Source: Octopus sinensis
Taxonomy: Eukaryota
NCBI RefSeq assembly: GCF_006345805.1
Contig: NC_043000.1
Location: 77,748,001 to 77,812,000, forward strand
Length of the DNA: 64,000 nt
Direction: 5' to 3'
In this document: positions 62,860 through 64,000 of the stretch, in pieces
How the letters are laid out: each line of letters starts with the position of its first letter
How positions within the stretch are numbered: the first letter of the stretch is position 1
Notes under the pieces: model-generated
Database searches by the model: none
The model's input: only the letters and a program-made list of their open reading frames with translations
Told to the model about the DNA's origin: nothing
Program-made: the position numbers and the translations under genes

Positions 62860-62910
<51 letters not shown>

Positions 62911-63119
62911 CTATATATATATGCATAGTTACGTAATATAAACATGAGTGTGTGTGTGTGTGTGGGGTGTTTGAATCTATAGTCAACTGTTTCATTCCAT
63001 GAAATCTCCGGTGTTTATTGCATCCAGATGGATGAATAAACTGTAGGTCTCTTTTGAAATGCATTCATGACTTACAAATATTCATGTAAGTACACACACA
63101 CACACACACACCTCACACA

Positions 63120-63176
<57 letters not shown>

Positions 63177-63680
63177 GTATACACACACACATATACATGT
63201 GTGCGTACACAGGCATTCACGCGTATTGCACACACATCCGTATAGACGTAGGAATATAAAAAGACGCAAGCATACTTCTAAACATACTCAGTTATTCCTA
63301 TATATAATCTATTTTTCTCTCCTTTTCTCTCTCTGCTTTCCTCTTTTTCTCTATCCTCTCTTTTCTACTCTCTCTCACACACACACACACACACACATAC
63401 ACAAGCACGTAGCAGCACCGGTATACATACACACTCTCATGCATACATGTGTTCCCAACTCGGACACGAATACACACGTGACAATATACACACACTCGCA
63501 TATTAAAAGACACAAATATTAAATGTTGTACCTCCTTCTCCTTCTCATCCCTCTCCCTCCTCCCCGTACCTTTCTCTCCTTTTCTCGCCGCTTCCCTTTT
63601 CTTCTTCTTCTTTTTCTTTTCTTTTCTTCTTCTTCTTCTTCTTCTTCTTCTTCTTCTCTCTCTCTCCTTCTCTCTCTTTC

Positions 63681-63796
63681 TCTCACCGTGAGGCACGCAC
63701 CCACATGCATCCACAGACAGACATACACAATCGAATAAATTCCAACACAAACCAAATTTTGCAGCCAACTCTCTCACACATCCACACACAAATATA

Positions 63797-63837
<41 letters not shown>

Positions 63838-63955
63838 TTCTCTCACCGTGAGGCACGCACCCACATGCATCCACAGACAGACATACACAATCGAATAAAT
63901 TCCAACACAAACCAAATTTTGCAGCCAACTCTCTCACACATCCACACACAAATAT

Positions 63956-64000
<45 letters not shown>
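63681..64000. repeat. 160-bp tandem repeat with an internal (CT)n; two units visible, may continue beyond the window
   Basis: tctcaccgtgaggcacgcac... starts at both 63681 and 63841. Confidence 0.9.

Overview
Repeat-dense eukaryotic DNA, most likely from an octopus or other cephalopod. This is inferred from the SINE families and the very high (TA)n/(CA)n/(TATG)n/(TAGA)n load; no database search was possible. No complete host gene is recognisable; one 39-nt candidate plus-strand micro-exon lies at 43123-43161. The window is a nest of transposable elements. (i) A full-length, nearly intact Tx1-clade LINE (17666-23103) sits with a 16-bp TSD in the tRNA-derived head of a SINE, which itself interrupts a Tigger/pogo transposon. 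(ii) At least five lineages of Penelope-like elements (PLEs; RT and/or GIY-YIG) are present with direct or inverted pseudo-LTRs. (iii) Other elements are R4/Dong-like and R2/Hero-like REL LINE fragments, a hAT with TIRs and 8-bp TSD, a mariner, RTE fragments, a Helentron-type MITE and three SINE families. The main signal not shown by the ORF track is about 15 minimal type I hammerhead ribozyme motifs (CTGA[T/A]GA ... GAAA-palindrome-NTH), from several sequence families and on both strands. Several lie in fold-back hairpins or long inverted repeats next to (TA)n. Almost all short ORFs in the track are microsatellite artefacts. No CRISPR array, rRNA or true tRNA gene was found.
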